DNA of 64,000 bases from Cenarchaeum sp. (GTDB lineage: Archaea > Thermoproteota > Nitrososphaeria > Nitrososphaerales > Nitrosopumilaceae), in NCBI GenBank assembly GCA_963693095.2, contig OY843768.1:640001-704000 (forward strand), in the 5' to 3' direction. The notes beneath the pieces were generated by a model, which was not told the DNA's origin, did not search any database, and saw only the letters and a list, made by a program, of their open reading frames with translations. Positions 30,055-38,754 of the stretch are shown piece after piece. The position numbers and the translations under genes are program-made. Within the stretch, counting starts at the first letter, position 1. Each line of letters begins with the position of its first letter.

Positions 30055-31908
30055 TTGACCCAGCACAAGATTGACGTAACACCGGACAAGAGCCTCATCA
30101 AGAAGCTGGGGAGTGTAGGGTACCGAACCGAGCAGGCCATAGCAGAACTGATTGACAACTCTATCGACGCCCGCCTAGACGGTGCGTTAGAGACGATCGG
30201 GATAGTCTTGGACTTTGCGAAACGAACGATTTCTGTCCGTGACGACGGCGCCGGAATGGATCTGGATGCGCTTAGGAACTCGTGGGTGCTTGGAGCACAC
30301 TCAAAGTCATCAAACTCGAGCCTTGGCATGTTTGGAATTGGCATGAAGAGCGCATGCTCGGCCCTGGGCAAGTCGTTTTCGGTCAGGACAACAACTGCGG
30401 GTTCCAAGGCTGAACTTTACGCAAAATATGATGAAGATGAGTGGCTTGGAAGTTCAGGAGGGTGGGATGACTTTGAGGTTACTGAAACCCCAACTGATGC
30501 AGACACGCACGGAACAGAAGTCGTCGTGTCAAAGATCAATGTTGCGCTTTATCGTGCACAGGCTGCACAATTTCGAAAGCGCTTTGGAATACGCTATGCC
30601 CAGCATATGTTGGATCAACAAATAAAGATCACTGTCAACAGCAAGCCATGCAAACCAATTGAGCCAAATATTGACTATAAAACTCAAGAAAACCTTAACA
30701 TTTCCCTACCTGATGGTAATCGTATCCATGGGTGGATTGCGCTTTTACGTCAATATTCAGTCAAGGGAGATTATGGGTTTAACCTGTATCAAAACAATAG
30801 ACTAATCAGCTCTCACGCCAAATTCGGAATTCGTTACCATCCGGCAGTATCTCGTGTGGTGGGAAATCTGCATTTGGATCATGTTCCAGTAAATGTTCTT
30901 AAAACAGGGTTTTTGCCGGACACAGACGAATATGCGCAATCTCTTAAGGCAATTGAGAACGATCCGACTGTCAAAAAACTCATCAATGAGTCCGAACCTC
31001 ATGAAAAATTTAGTAGTGACTATGCCTCTGTTTTCAGAAATGATGTGCCACCAACAAAAATTCCGCGTATTGGAGATGTGAACGCCTCTCGTTTGCTTCG
31101 CAATATGATCTCTGTGGATGTGCTTGACACTGCGTCTCCTCGTATGGCGCTGGAGGATTGCGACTCTGGAGTGTACCGCATTGAAGGTAGTGGCGACGAA
31201 ACAAAAGTCATTGTTAATCGACAAAGTGCCGTGTTTCGAGCCTTTAAAAATCCGCTGTTTTTGCTGGGAATGCTGCGTCTTGAAGCTCAAACTCTATCCG
31301 GTCATTCTGAAGCACAGCGTCTAATCGCAAAAAGAAACAAAACATGGGAACAGTTTGTGGATTCACACTCTATTAATCGTGATATCAAACGTATAGGATC
31401 CAATGACACATTGCCCAATAATCTTGTGATGCTACGTAGTTCAATTATGAGAGAGCTTTCAAAACGGTTCCAGTTTACGGCTCTCTCGATCTTGTCGCCA
31501 CATCTCATTAACGCATATCGTATATTGCCCTACACAGTATATGTTGCGCGAGGTTACGGCCAACTGTTAAAACATGTTATATCGCAACAGAGTGGTTATC
31601 ACGCAATTTTAAATCCTGGCCCTGGACAGGCACATCCAATACTGGAAGCACTAGATGGCGGGGCACTCATGATAATACGTGAGCGATCTGATGTGCCCAA
31701 GTCAACTGCTGCATCGTATGCCAAAGCTTGGGTTGATCTATTTGTCGAGATACGACACGAGCGTATTGGAGTTTATGAAGAAGAGCTTGAGATGCTGTGG
31801 GATCTTGAAGACCAAAGCTTGCTTACTATGAACCAAGTGCAGTCATATGCGAAACGCCGCAGTGTTGCACAAGAGGTGGCTAAATATACTGGGGATGGCA
31901 CCACGTGA
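30055..31908 (+). CDS. GHKL/MORC-type ATPase (HATPase_c_3-like) with a putative AbiEi-like C-terminal domain
   Basis: AIAELIDNSIDA, DDGAGM, GMFGIGMKSA, HGT motifs; C-terminal SYAKAWVDLF; low GC. Confidence 0.85.
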   Translation: MTQHKIDVTPDKSLIKKLGSVGYRTEQAIAELIDNSIDARLDGALETIGIVLDFAKRTISVRDDGAGMDLDALRNSWVLGAHSKSSNSSLGMFGIGMKSACSALGKSFSVRTTTAGSKAELYAKYDEDEWLGSSGGWDDFEVTETPTDADTHGTEVVVSKINVALYRAQAAQFRKRFGIRYAQHMLDQQIKITVNSKPCKPIEPNIDYKTQENLNISLPDGNRIHGWIALLRQYSVKGDYGFNLYQNNRLISSHAKFGIRYHPAVSRVVGNLHLDHVPVNVLKTGFLPDTDEYAQSLKAIENDPTVKKLINESEPHEKFSSDYASVFRNDVPPTKIPRIGDVNASRLLRNMISVDVLDTASPRMALEDCDSGVYRIEGSGDETKVIVNRQSAVFRAFKNPLFLLGMLRLEAQTLSGHSEAQRLIAKRNKTWEQFVDSHSINRDIKRIGSNDTLPNNLVMLRSSIMRELSKRFQFTALSILSPHLINAYRILPYTVYVARGYGQLLKHVISQQSGYHAILNPGPGQAHPILEALDGGALMIIRERSDVPKSTAASYAKAWVDLFVEIRHERIGVYEEELEMLWDLEDQSLLTMNQVQSYAKRRSVAQEVAKYTGDGTT

Positions 31909-32993
31909 TTGTTGATGGTCTGACTAGACGTGATCTCAAGTCAAGAGCTAGTAAATTTGGTTTTTCTAATTCAGGCTATCTTGAAAAGTTTATGATGGAT
32001 TTTGATGCCTACATTGCATTATCTAATGTGAGAAAATGTTATGTTCGTGGGGGCATGTGTGTGCCTTTTTATGTTGATTCTAAACATCGCCGTCTCAGTA
32101 AAGATCTAGATGTATATGTGACTTGTTCAGTTGACGAGATCACTGATAAAGTTTCTGCTGCATTGAAGGATGTGGGGTTTGTACATGCTAAACGCGATAA
32201 ATCTCGCGGCAATCAGTCTCTGATTAATAACTGGGTTCGTTTTAAGGCTTTCTATGTTCCCGTGGGCTCTTCGGATCATCCATCAGCACCTAGTCAGTTA
32301 GATTCAATATCTGTTGATATCACCTGTGGGATTGATGCTGCTCAGCTTGACACTACTCTCCTAGAACAGGAACAAAATTTATTTGACTTTCCAATACCGC
32401 CTCCAATCCACACACTTTCTAGAGGAGCACTTATCGCAGACAAGATTCATTCACTGGGGTGTGGGTCTGTGGAATATCCTAAGCCTGTGGGACGTTCTAA
32501 GCCTGTGGGATATTCTAATCTTGAGTCTACACCAAAGCAGATATACGATATTGGCATGCTGCTGCGAAAAACAACAACCGATGATCTTATTATTTTGATA
32601 CAGATGTACAATTATTTAACAAATTTTAAATTAAAAAACGGAAATCGCGATTTTGGACCAGTGGGGGTAATTCAAAGCGTTAAATCATATATTTCTTCTA
32701 TTTTAACAAATCACACCTTGCCTCGGCTGACTAGCGCACATAGCGATCATTTTTCCACTTTTTCTCAAAGTATGCTCTCAAAACCCTATATTAACGAAGT
32801 CGAACATTCAAAAAATATCATGTTGACTTTTCTCTGTGCTGACTTTCTTGAGCGCTCTCTTGCTGCCCCTGACTCAAATGAACAATTGGCTGAACATATG
32901 CAACATACACTCGATGCTGCATTCAAACTTGAAACACTTGAAGACCAGATATCATTTTTAAAGCGACATGTTGAAGATGTTGGCTCACCTTGA
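31905..32993 (+). CDS. AbiEii/AbiGii-family nucleotidyltransferase toxin
   Basis: VRGGMC, RLSKDLD, IADKI, KQIYD motifs; GTGA overlap with the upstream gene. Confidence 0.85.
   Translation: MIVDGLTRRDLKSRASKFGFSNSGYLEKFMMDFDAYIALSNVRKCYVRGGMCVPFYVDSKHRRLSKDLDVYVTCSVDEITDKVSAALKDVGFVHAKRDKSRGNQSLINNWVRFKAFYVPVGSSDHPSAPSQLDSISVDITCGIDAAQLDTTLLEQEQNLFDFPIPPPIHTLSRGALIADKIHSLGCGSVEYPKPVGRSKPVGYSNLESTPKQIYDIGMLLRKTTTDDLIILIQMYNYLTNFKLKNGNRDFGPVGVIQSVKSYISSILTNHTLPRLTSAHSDHFSTFSQSMLSKPYINEVEHSKNIMLTFLCADFLERSLAAPDSNEQLAEHMQHTLDAAFKLETLEDQISFLKRHVEDVGSP
32466..32519 (+). repeat. Three degenerate 18-bp in-frame tandem repeats in the AbiEii gene
   Basis: tctgtggaatatcctaag / cctgtgggacgttctaag / cctgtgggatattctaat. 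Confidence 0.85.
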
Positions 32994-33216
32994 CAATCTT
33001 GCCACGTCGGATATCTTGACCGCTGTGGTGGGTGTGTCCTACCTTGAACATTTTCCTGTATGCCGTTTCTTGCAAACGTGTGGAGTCGGGCGGTCATGTT
33101 TTCTGGATCCTGCTAGATTGACATGGTGTCCTGTCGCCTGCTGACTCCAATATTGACGCATGGTCATGGCGTATTCCATGAGTGCAGTTAAATCCGGCCA
33201 CGTGTGCATGCTGCGC

Positions 33217-34044
33217 ATGAGCCTCGTGGCCTCTGGCAAGGTAAAGGACGTCTACGACGCCGGTGATGGCCTCTTGCGATTTCACTTTAGCGACCGTGTC
33301 TCGGCATATGACGTAAAGTTTGCCGAGCCGATCCCAAAAAAGGGTGAAATCCTCTGCAAGTTTGCCGAGTTTTGGTTTGGCGAGCTTGGGATGCCTAGCC
33401 ACTTTGTTCGGCGGGTCTCGTACACTGACATGCTCGTCAGGCGAATGAAGATGCTGCCGATCGAGTGTGTCGCTCGGGGATACCTGTATGGCAGCCTCTA
33501 TGACCGCCATCTGCGTGGCGAGTCAGGCCTCCGGCTTGATGACGAACGCCACGCGGCCAGGCTGCCTGAGGCAATATTTGACCCAACCACAAAGGCCGAG
33601 CACGACGAGCCGGTGACGCGCGACTCGGCAATCCGCATGGGCCTTGTGAGCGCCGCTCAATATGACTCCCTAGAGTCAATGACGCTAAAGATATACGGCC
33701 AGATGGCATCAGTGGCAGAGCGCGCAGGATTTGTCATGGCTGACCTAAAGCTGGAGTTTGGCATGCTTGATGGCGAGATTGTCCTAGGTGACTCTATTGG
33801 CCCGGACGAGTTTCGGATGTGGCCATCAGAGACATACGAGCCTGGACGCGTGCAGGACGCATATGACAAGCAGATACTGCGCGACTGGCTAGCCGCCGCC
33901 GGCCACAAGGATCGATTTGAGCGCGAACGTGCCGCCGGAGAGGCGCCACGGCCGCCGATGATACCATCAGAGATTATCGTCACAATGACGGGGCGCTATG
34001 TTGACGCCTATGAGCGCATAACGGGCAGACCGCTAGACGCATAG
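33217..34044 (+). CDS. purC: SAICAR synthase
   Basis: [47 protein letters not shown]. Confidence 0.97.
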   Translation: MSLVASGKVKDVYDAGDGLLRFHFSDRVSAYDVKFAEPIPKKGEILCKFAEFWFGELGMPSHFVRRVSYTDMLVRRMKMLPIECVARGYLYGSLYDRHLRGESGLRLDDERHAARLPEAIFDPTTKAEHDEPVTRDSAIRMGLVSAAQYDSLESMTLKIYGQMASVAERAGFVMADLKLEFGMLDGEIVLGDSIGPDEFRMWPSETYEPGRVQDAYDKQILRDWLAAAGHKDRFERERAAGEAPRPPMIPSEIIVTMTGRYVDAYERITGRPLDA

Positions 34045-34299
34045 CCTGGCGCCATGTGCCATTGTTGGGTTCTCAGAATGCCCGTCTGCCGCGATGCTTC
34101 CATGCGGGGGCCTGATTGCGTGCCTTTCTTGCCTATGTTCACGCGTGCATGGGGAGATCCTGGCAGTTCGTGACCTCATATTGGCTGTGTGAGCAAGCCG
34201 ACTAGGCGTAAAGACTCTAATCGTATGCCTCGGCGCGTCGGCGCTGATGCCCATTGTGCCTCAACGTGCCGCCGAGGTGCCGCCACAGCGGCGATCCGG

Positions 34300-34508
34300 T
34301 AATTTCCAATACTTATTGTATCATTTCATAACAAATCATATTATTATGATATATATCATTAGTATTAATTCTAATGTTAGCATTACAAGATATTTCCTAT
34401 TACAACTATACATATCATATGATAGGGATATTATTCAGTTTCCTGTTATCAATATCATTCAAATGAATAATAGTGCTCTAATTCTAATAAGTGTAAACTA
34501 GAATCTAT
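34300..34508. other. Sharply bounded AT-rich tract containing short palindromes
   Basis: Roughly three-quarters or more A+T by eye; contains ATGATATATATCAT and TATCATATGATA. Confidence 0.85.
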
Positions 34509-34570
34509 GCGAGCGGTCAAAAAATGCTGATCTTTCCCACTTTTGGCCTGGTGGGGCGCACGGGAGGCCG

Positions 34571-35092
34571 ATGGAGACACTGGTAGACCGCCCTGTCAGC
34601 GTGACGAGGACTATAGCGTCGAGTCCTGACGAGGCAAGCGCGATAGCGGATCCCGTGAGGGCGGCCATACTCGCGCTCCTCTATCGCCGGACGCTGACGG
34701 CCGAGCAGATATTCGAGCGTCTAGGCAGGCGCGGCAAGAAAAAGGCGCTCACGACGGTGCGCCACCATATCGACGTCCTCCGCTCCGCTGGCCTAGTGGA
34801 CATTGTGAAGGTCGTAGAGTCCCGAGGGGGAGTGACAAAGCACTATGGGACGTCCACGAGGCTCCTCATGCAGAACCCCCAGGATGATTTTGACGAGCAG
34901 CACTCGGATGCCATTGCGGCTGCAGCCGTTGGCCTTGCGGCCATCATAGAGTCAGCAGGCGCAAAGATTGCGCCAAAGGATGGAAAAAAACGCGTTGATC
35001 CGGCGCACAGACACTATGTCGTCGCCGAGATACTAAACCGCGCAATGACTGCGGCCATGGAGCGTGGCTCGCGCGCACCGTCAGGGTCATAG
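34571..35092 (+). CDS. ArsR-family winged-helix regulator
   Basis: ADPVRAAILALL, TVRHHIDVLRSAGLV, RGGVTKHY. Confidence 0.9.
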   Translation: METLVDRPVSVTRTIASSPDEASAIADPVRAAILALLYRRTLTAEQIFERLGRRGKKKALTTVRHHIDVLRSAGLVDIVKVVESRGGVTKHYGTSTRLLMQNPQDDFDEQHSDAIAAAAVGLAAIIESAGAKIAPKDGKKRVDPAHRHYVVAEILNRAMTAAMERGSRAPSGS

Positions 35093-35197
35093 CCTGCAGG
35101 CGTGTTCGTGGGCGTGCCCAGTCGGCGATTATGGGCACAAGACCCCCTCTTGCGCCTGTCTGGTGGGCGCATGTGCCGCATGGGGCGCATTTGGCAT

Positions 35198-35221
35198 ATT
35201 TCTAAACTCGAGTTTAGAAAT
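35198..35221. promoter_or_regulatory. Perfect 24-bp palindrome, copy 1
   Basis: ATTTCTAAACTCGAGTTTAGAAAT. Confidence 0.75.
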
Positions 35222-35520
35222 GCGTAATTTGTGACCATGCGCGCCTCGCAGACTCGTGCATGTGCCCACTGTGCCAATGTTAGGCACAAGAGCTAAACCC
35301 CCCTGTGGGGGGAGCCTGTTCACGAGGGAGGCCCTTTTTCTGAAAATGGCCGATCTGGAGGGGGGTTGAACACCCACGCCTAGATTAGACCGGCAACGCC
35401 CCAACCATGGGGCTAGCTGGCCCGAGGGTGCCCCGACGCACAATGTCGTGCCTAGAAGCTAAACCCCATGATTTTCGCCGTTCAGGGCATGGCTTGGCCC
35501 ATGGATCCCCGTGCATGGCC

Positions 35521-35673
35521 TGCTGCGCGTGCGCCTGGCGCGTCATGGGAGGGGCACAAATTGTGCGCATTGGCCGGTGCGACGTGCCATGTGTGCTGCT
35601 GCGCGTGCGCCAGGCGCGTTCCGCGGAGGGGCACAAATTGTGCGCATGAGCCCGTACGGCACGCGATGCATGT
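35521..35673. repeat. Degenerate tandem duplication of about 76 bp
   Basis: tgctgcgcgtgcgcc(t/a)ggcgcgt...ggaggggcacaaattgtgcgcat starts at 35521 and 35597. Confidence 0.85.
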
Positions 35674-35743
35674 CGCCGCACGCCACCGTGGAACATGTGG
35701 GCAGGTGCCATCCGGCGTTGGGCTGCCATGTGCGATATTGTGT

Positions 35744-35767
35744 ATTTCTAAACTCGAGTTTTGAAAA
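35744..35767. promoter_or_regulatory. 24-bp palindrome, copy 2 (two mismatches)
   Basis: ATTTCTAAACTCGAGTTTTGAAAA. Confidence 0.75.
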
Positions 35768-35769
35768 CC

Positions 35770-36015
35770 CTATGTGGCCGCACTGCGAGCCCTCTCTTGC
35801 GTTATGGCAATCTCGACGGCCTCTAGCGGACTGGCCTCCTCGTTGCGTCGAATGGAGAACATCTTTGGCCGCTCAAAGTCGCGCGTGCAGTCGGGGCACG
35901 CGTAGACTAGGACGCGATGCTCGTTTGGCGCCTTTGGGTTTGAGAGGCGTGGATAGTACACGAGGCGCGCACCACAGTCCACACAGTACCTGTTAACCCT
36001 GCGCGTCCTGGCCAT
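35770..36015 (-). CDS. Small zinc-ribbon protein (81 aa)
   Basis: MARTRRVNRYCVDCG...YACPDC: two CxxC motifs. Confidence 0.8.
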   Translation of the reverse strand: MARTRRVNRYCVDCGARLVYYPRLSNPKAPNEHRVLVYACPDCTRDFERPKMFSIRRNEEASPLEAVEIAITQERARSAAT

Positions 36016-36131
36016 GCAAACCTCCTGCACGGGGTCTTGGCGGTGGAGCATATTAGATCGGCATGGTCTAACAGAGTCAACCAAATGGTTCCCTCCGGGG
36101 CATGCGGGAACGCGCACCGAACACTGTGTGG

Positions 36132-36208
36132 TGGCGCCGCCCGACAGACTTGAACTGTCGACCAACGGATTAACAGTCCGTTGCTCTACCACGCTGAGCT
36201 AGGGCGGC
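36132..36208 (-). tRNA. tRNA-Asn(GTT)
   Basis: Reverse complement GCCGCCCTAGCTCAG...CT-GTT-AA...GTTCAAGTC...GGGCGGCGCCA. Confidence 0.96.
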
Positions 36209-36400
36209 AGCGCGCCGCCTTTGGAATGTTGCGATTTAATCCTTGCGTGCCCCCGTGGGCGTGGGGCGCAGGCGCGCCTGCCCTGTGCCTCAGGGCCGCC
36301 ATGGCCATGGCAGCCGTGTCTGGTGCCTCTAGGTATGCGCTATGCAGGCCACCAGGGTCACCCCGTGCCCTTGCTGGCGGGGTGGGACATGGGCCTGCTG

Positions 36401-36955
36401 CTAGGACTCTATGCCGCGCTTTTTGTCGTACGTATAGATGCCGTCAAGAAAGACCCTGTGGTCCTTTTTCTTTATGCGGGTGTTTTGCTGTATGTTGGCC
36501 GCCGTCTGCGTCACGTCGGTGAGCACGGCGCCTGTGAGGATCACATCGTCATCCTTTACGGTGACCTTTGTGTCCCCGATGATGCGCGCGCGGCGCGGCG
36601 CGTGCTCGCCCTGAAAGTTCTCCACCAGGACCATTCCGGCGTCAACCTTTACGGAGACCGGAAAGTGCGCATAGACGACCTTCATCTTTAGGGTGTAGCC
36701 CTCCCTGATCCCATCAACGAGGTTTCGCACCAGGGAGCGTGACGTGTTTAGTATGGCATAGTCGCGCTTTTTGGAGTCGCGTGCGCTCAGGCTTATGGCT
36801 CCCTCGCCGATCTCAATGTCCACTGGTATCTTTCTAAAGTTCTTGAACGTGTGGCCAAGTGGTCCCTCGACACGCATGACGCCGCGCCTCATGCTGATCG
36901 TGACGCCCTCTGGCACGTCAACTGTTGTCTTTAGGCGGTCAGGACTAGTACGCAT
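36401..36955 (-). CDS. rpl6: Ribosomal protein uL6
   Basis: VEGPLG, YAHFP, ENFQGE, RVFLDGIY. Confidence 0.96.
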   Translation of the reverse strand: MRTSPDRLKTTVDVPEGVTISMRRGVMRVEGPLGHTFKNFRKIPVDIEIGEGAISLSARDSKKRDYAILNTSRSLVRNLVDGIREGYTLKMKVVYAHFPVSVKVDAGMVLVENFQGEHAPRRARIIGDTKVTVKDDDVILTGAVLTDVTQTAANIQQNTRIKKKDHRVFLDGIYTYDKKRGIES

Positions 36956-37337
36956 AGCCTACCAAAAACCCCCCAATCCCCATCTTTGTCGCGTCATGGT
37001 GCGACATGACACCATGGTTTGTCGTCACGACTAGTATACCGCGGTCATATGAGGGCAGATAGCGCTGCTCCCAGAACGCATACTCGTCCTTTTTGACCTT
37101 AAAGCGCGGCGATATCGCGCCACACTTTGTTATCTTTGCGACAAGGCCAACGCGGAACTTGCCCCCGCGGCCGTCCTCGATCCTCTCATACTCGCCGATA
37201 TAGCCGTCCTTTTTGAGCGTCTTGAGAACCTCCGCACACAGGCCAGACGTGGGAAACACGGTGCACTCGGCCTTGCGCCTCGCCTCCGTGTTGTATAGTG
37301 TTACGAACATGTTTGCTAGTACGTTAGTGGCCGGCAT
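36945..37337 (-). CDS. rps8: Ribosomal protein uS8
   Basis: GYIGEYE.IEDGRGG, CGAISPRF, TTNHGVMSH. Confidence 0.96.
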   Translation of the reverse strand: MPATNVLANMFVTLYNTEARRKAECTVFPTSGLCAEVLKTLKKDGYIGEYERIEDGRGGKFRVGLVAKITKCGAISPRFKVKKDEYAFWEQRYLPSYDRGILVVTTNHGVMSHHDATKMGIGGFLVGYAY

Positions 37338-37343
37338 CATCAA

Positions 37344-37520
37344 TCACATGTATTTCCTGAATCCCAGCGAACCGGCGACCTCCCTAAAGCACCTGCGGCA
37401 TATCATGAGATCGTACTTTTGAATGACTGCAGTATAGTCGCCGCACCTCTTGCACCAGCGCGAGCCACGCCCAAAAGAGTGCTCCTTGCGGCCGGTAAAC
37501 TCGTACGAGCGGTCCTTCAT
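37344..37520 (-). CDS. rps14: Ribosomal protein uS14 (absent from ORF track)
   Basis: Hand-translated MKDRSYEFTGRKEHSFGRGSRWCKRCG...ICRRCFRE...GFRKYM. Confidence 0.95.
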   Translation of the reverse strand: MKDRSYEFTGRKEHSFGRGSRWCKRCGDYTAVIQKYDLMICRRCFREVAGSLGFRKYM

Positions 37521-38035
37521 GCGACAGCCACCCCAAACTTGCCAGTCACAAACGAGCGCGCCTCATCAGCCGTTATGATGTGCCCGCCCCCAACGCTGGC
37601 CTTGTGCTTGCTCCTGCGGCTGATCGAGTTGCCTGGACGCGCAAGCGAGACGCAGACGTCAAGGCCTAGTATGCCCACCTTTGGGTCATATTTCACGCCG
37701 GGCACGTCAATGTGCTCCTTTATGCCGAACGAAAAGTTGCCGTGGCCGTCAAATGCCCTGCTGCGCACGCTGTTGTCGCGCGCCTCAAGGAGGCGCTTTA
37801 GGAGGGTTGCGGCATCCTCGCCGCGCACGGTCACTGCCACCCCGATGGGCTCGCCCTTGCGCACACCAAAGTCACGGTATGTCTTTTTTGCGTCGCGCGC
37901 GCACGGCCTCTTGCCAGATATGTGCGCAAGGGCCGCCTTTGCGGCCTCGATTGCGTCGCCTGACTTGCCGATTCCCATGTTGAGGACGACCTTTTCGAGG
38001 TATATCACCTTCATTGGGTTGTCGACTTTGCTCAT
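37517..38035 (-). CDS. rpl5: Ribosomal protein uL5
   Basis: NPM...EKVVLNMG, FGVRKGEPIG, GNFSFGIKEH. Confidence 0.96.
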   Translation of the reverse strand: MSKVDNPMKVIYLEKVVLNMGIGKSGDAIEAAKAALAHISGKRPCARDAKKTYRDFGVRKGEPIGVAVTVRGEDAATLLKRLLEARDNSVRSRAFDGHGNFSFGIKEHIDVPGVKYDPKVGILGLDVCVSLARPGNSISRRSKHKASVGGGHIITADEARSFVTGKFGVAVA

Positions 38036-38754
38036 TCCACCTTCACCGCCGGCTCGTTGCCCTGCCCTATGGCCATCACAATCTCTGCGGGCACGTCGAC
38101 CTTCCTGTCGCCTAGGGCCATAGTCGCCATGGCCGGAAGGACAAACGTCCCCTTTTTTATAGCATCGACGGTTCCCGTGCCTCCTGCGTTTGCCCCGCGC
38201 GTGACCATTGCGAGGCATCCGGCATCAAGGCGTATGACCTTTTCGATCTTTTGGTCCGGCACGCCTAGGACGCAAGAGTCGCCCACGCCCACGGCCTCGT
38301 CAGTTATGAGCGAGCGGCCGTCGTGGAAGCCCACCTGCGTCTTGCCTCCGCGGATCGTCACCTTTGATGTGACCTTGCATATCTTTTTGCCCATCTCGGT
38401 GGGGTCGTCGACCTTTATGGGGCGCAGTATCTGGCCGTCCCTTGGGATCATGCGATACATTGCGCCACTGCCTCCGAGCTCGACTGTGTCCATCAGGCCA
38501 ATTCCGTGATGGAGTGACTTGCGAACGACGCCGTCGACCTTTACCTTGCCGGCATATATTGCGGACTTTGCCTCGCGCAGCGTGCGAACCACGCCGAGGA
38601 TGTCCCTGAGCAGGACTGCAGTGGGCACTGACAGGCTACGCGCATGCTGGCCGGGCTTGACTGTCACGACAAAGCGCTTGTTCTTGCGCGATATTCCCCA
38701 AAAGCCCGGCGCCATCTGGCGCTTTAGCTTTTTGCTGCCAGCAATGCTGACCAT
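38032..38754 (-). CDS. rps4e: Ribosomal protein eS4
   Basis: LKRQMAP, VKVDGVVR, GLMD, HDGR. Confidence 0.95.
   Translation of the reverse strand: MVSIAGSKKLKRQMAPGFWGISRKNKRFVVTVKPGQHARSLSVPTAVLLRDILGVVRTLREAKSAIYAGKVKVDGVVRKSLHHGIGLMDTVELGGSGAMYRMIPRDGQILRPIKVDDPTEMGKKICKVTSKVTIRGGKTQVGFHDGRSLITDEAVGVGDSCVLGVPDQKIEKVIRLDAGCLAMVTRGANAGGTGTVDAIKKGTFVLPAMATMALGDRKVDVPAEIVMAIGQGNEPAVKVE

Noticed and set aside
29764-33160. Transposon or integrative element carrying the GHKL-AbiEii genes
   Set aside because: No integrase, transposase, terminal repeats or att duplication could be found by eye; only composition supports horizontal origin.
34247-34501. 84-aa Ile/Asn-rich ORF over the AT tract
   Set aside because: Its composition simply mirrors the AT-rich DNA and it has no motifs, so it is probably spurious.
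35347-35423. Functional tRNA-Pyl, tRNA-Sec or amber suppressor
   Set aside because: Acceptor and anticodon stems do not pair canonically, TAG is used as a normal stop by many genes here, and no pyl or sel genes are visible. It is kept only as a structured-element candidate.
35521-35673. CRISPR array
   Set aside because: Only two repeats, the intervening sequences are homologous to each other, and there are no cas genes.
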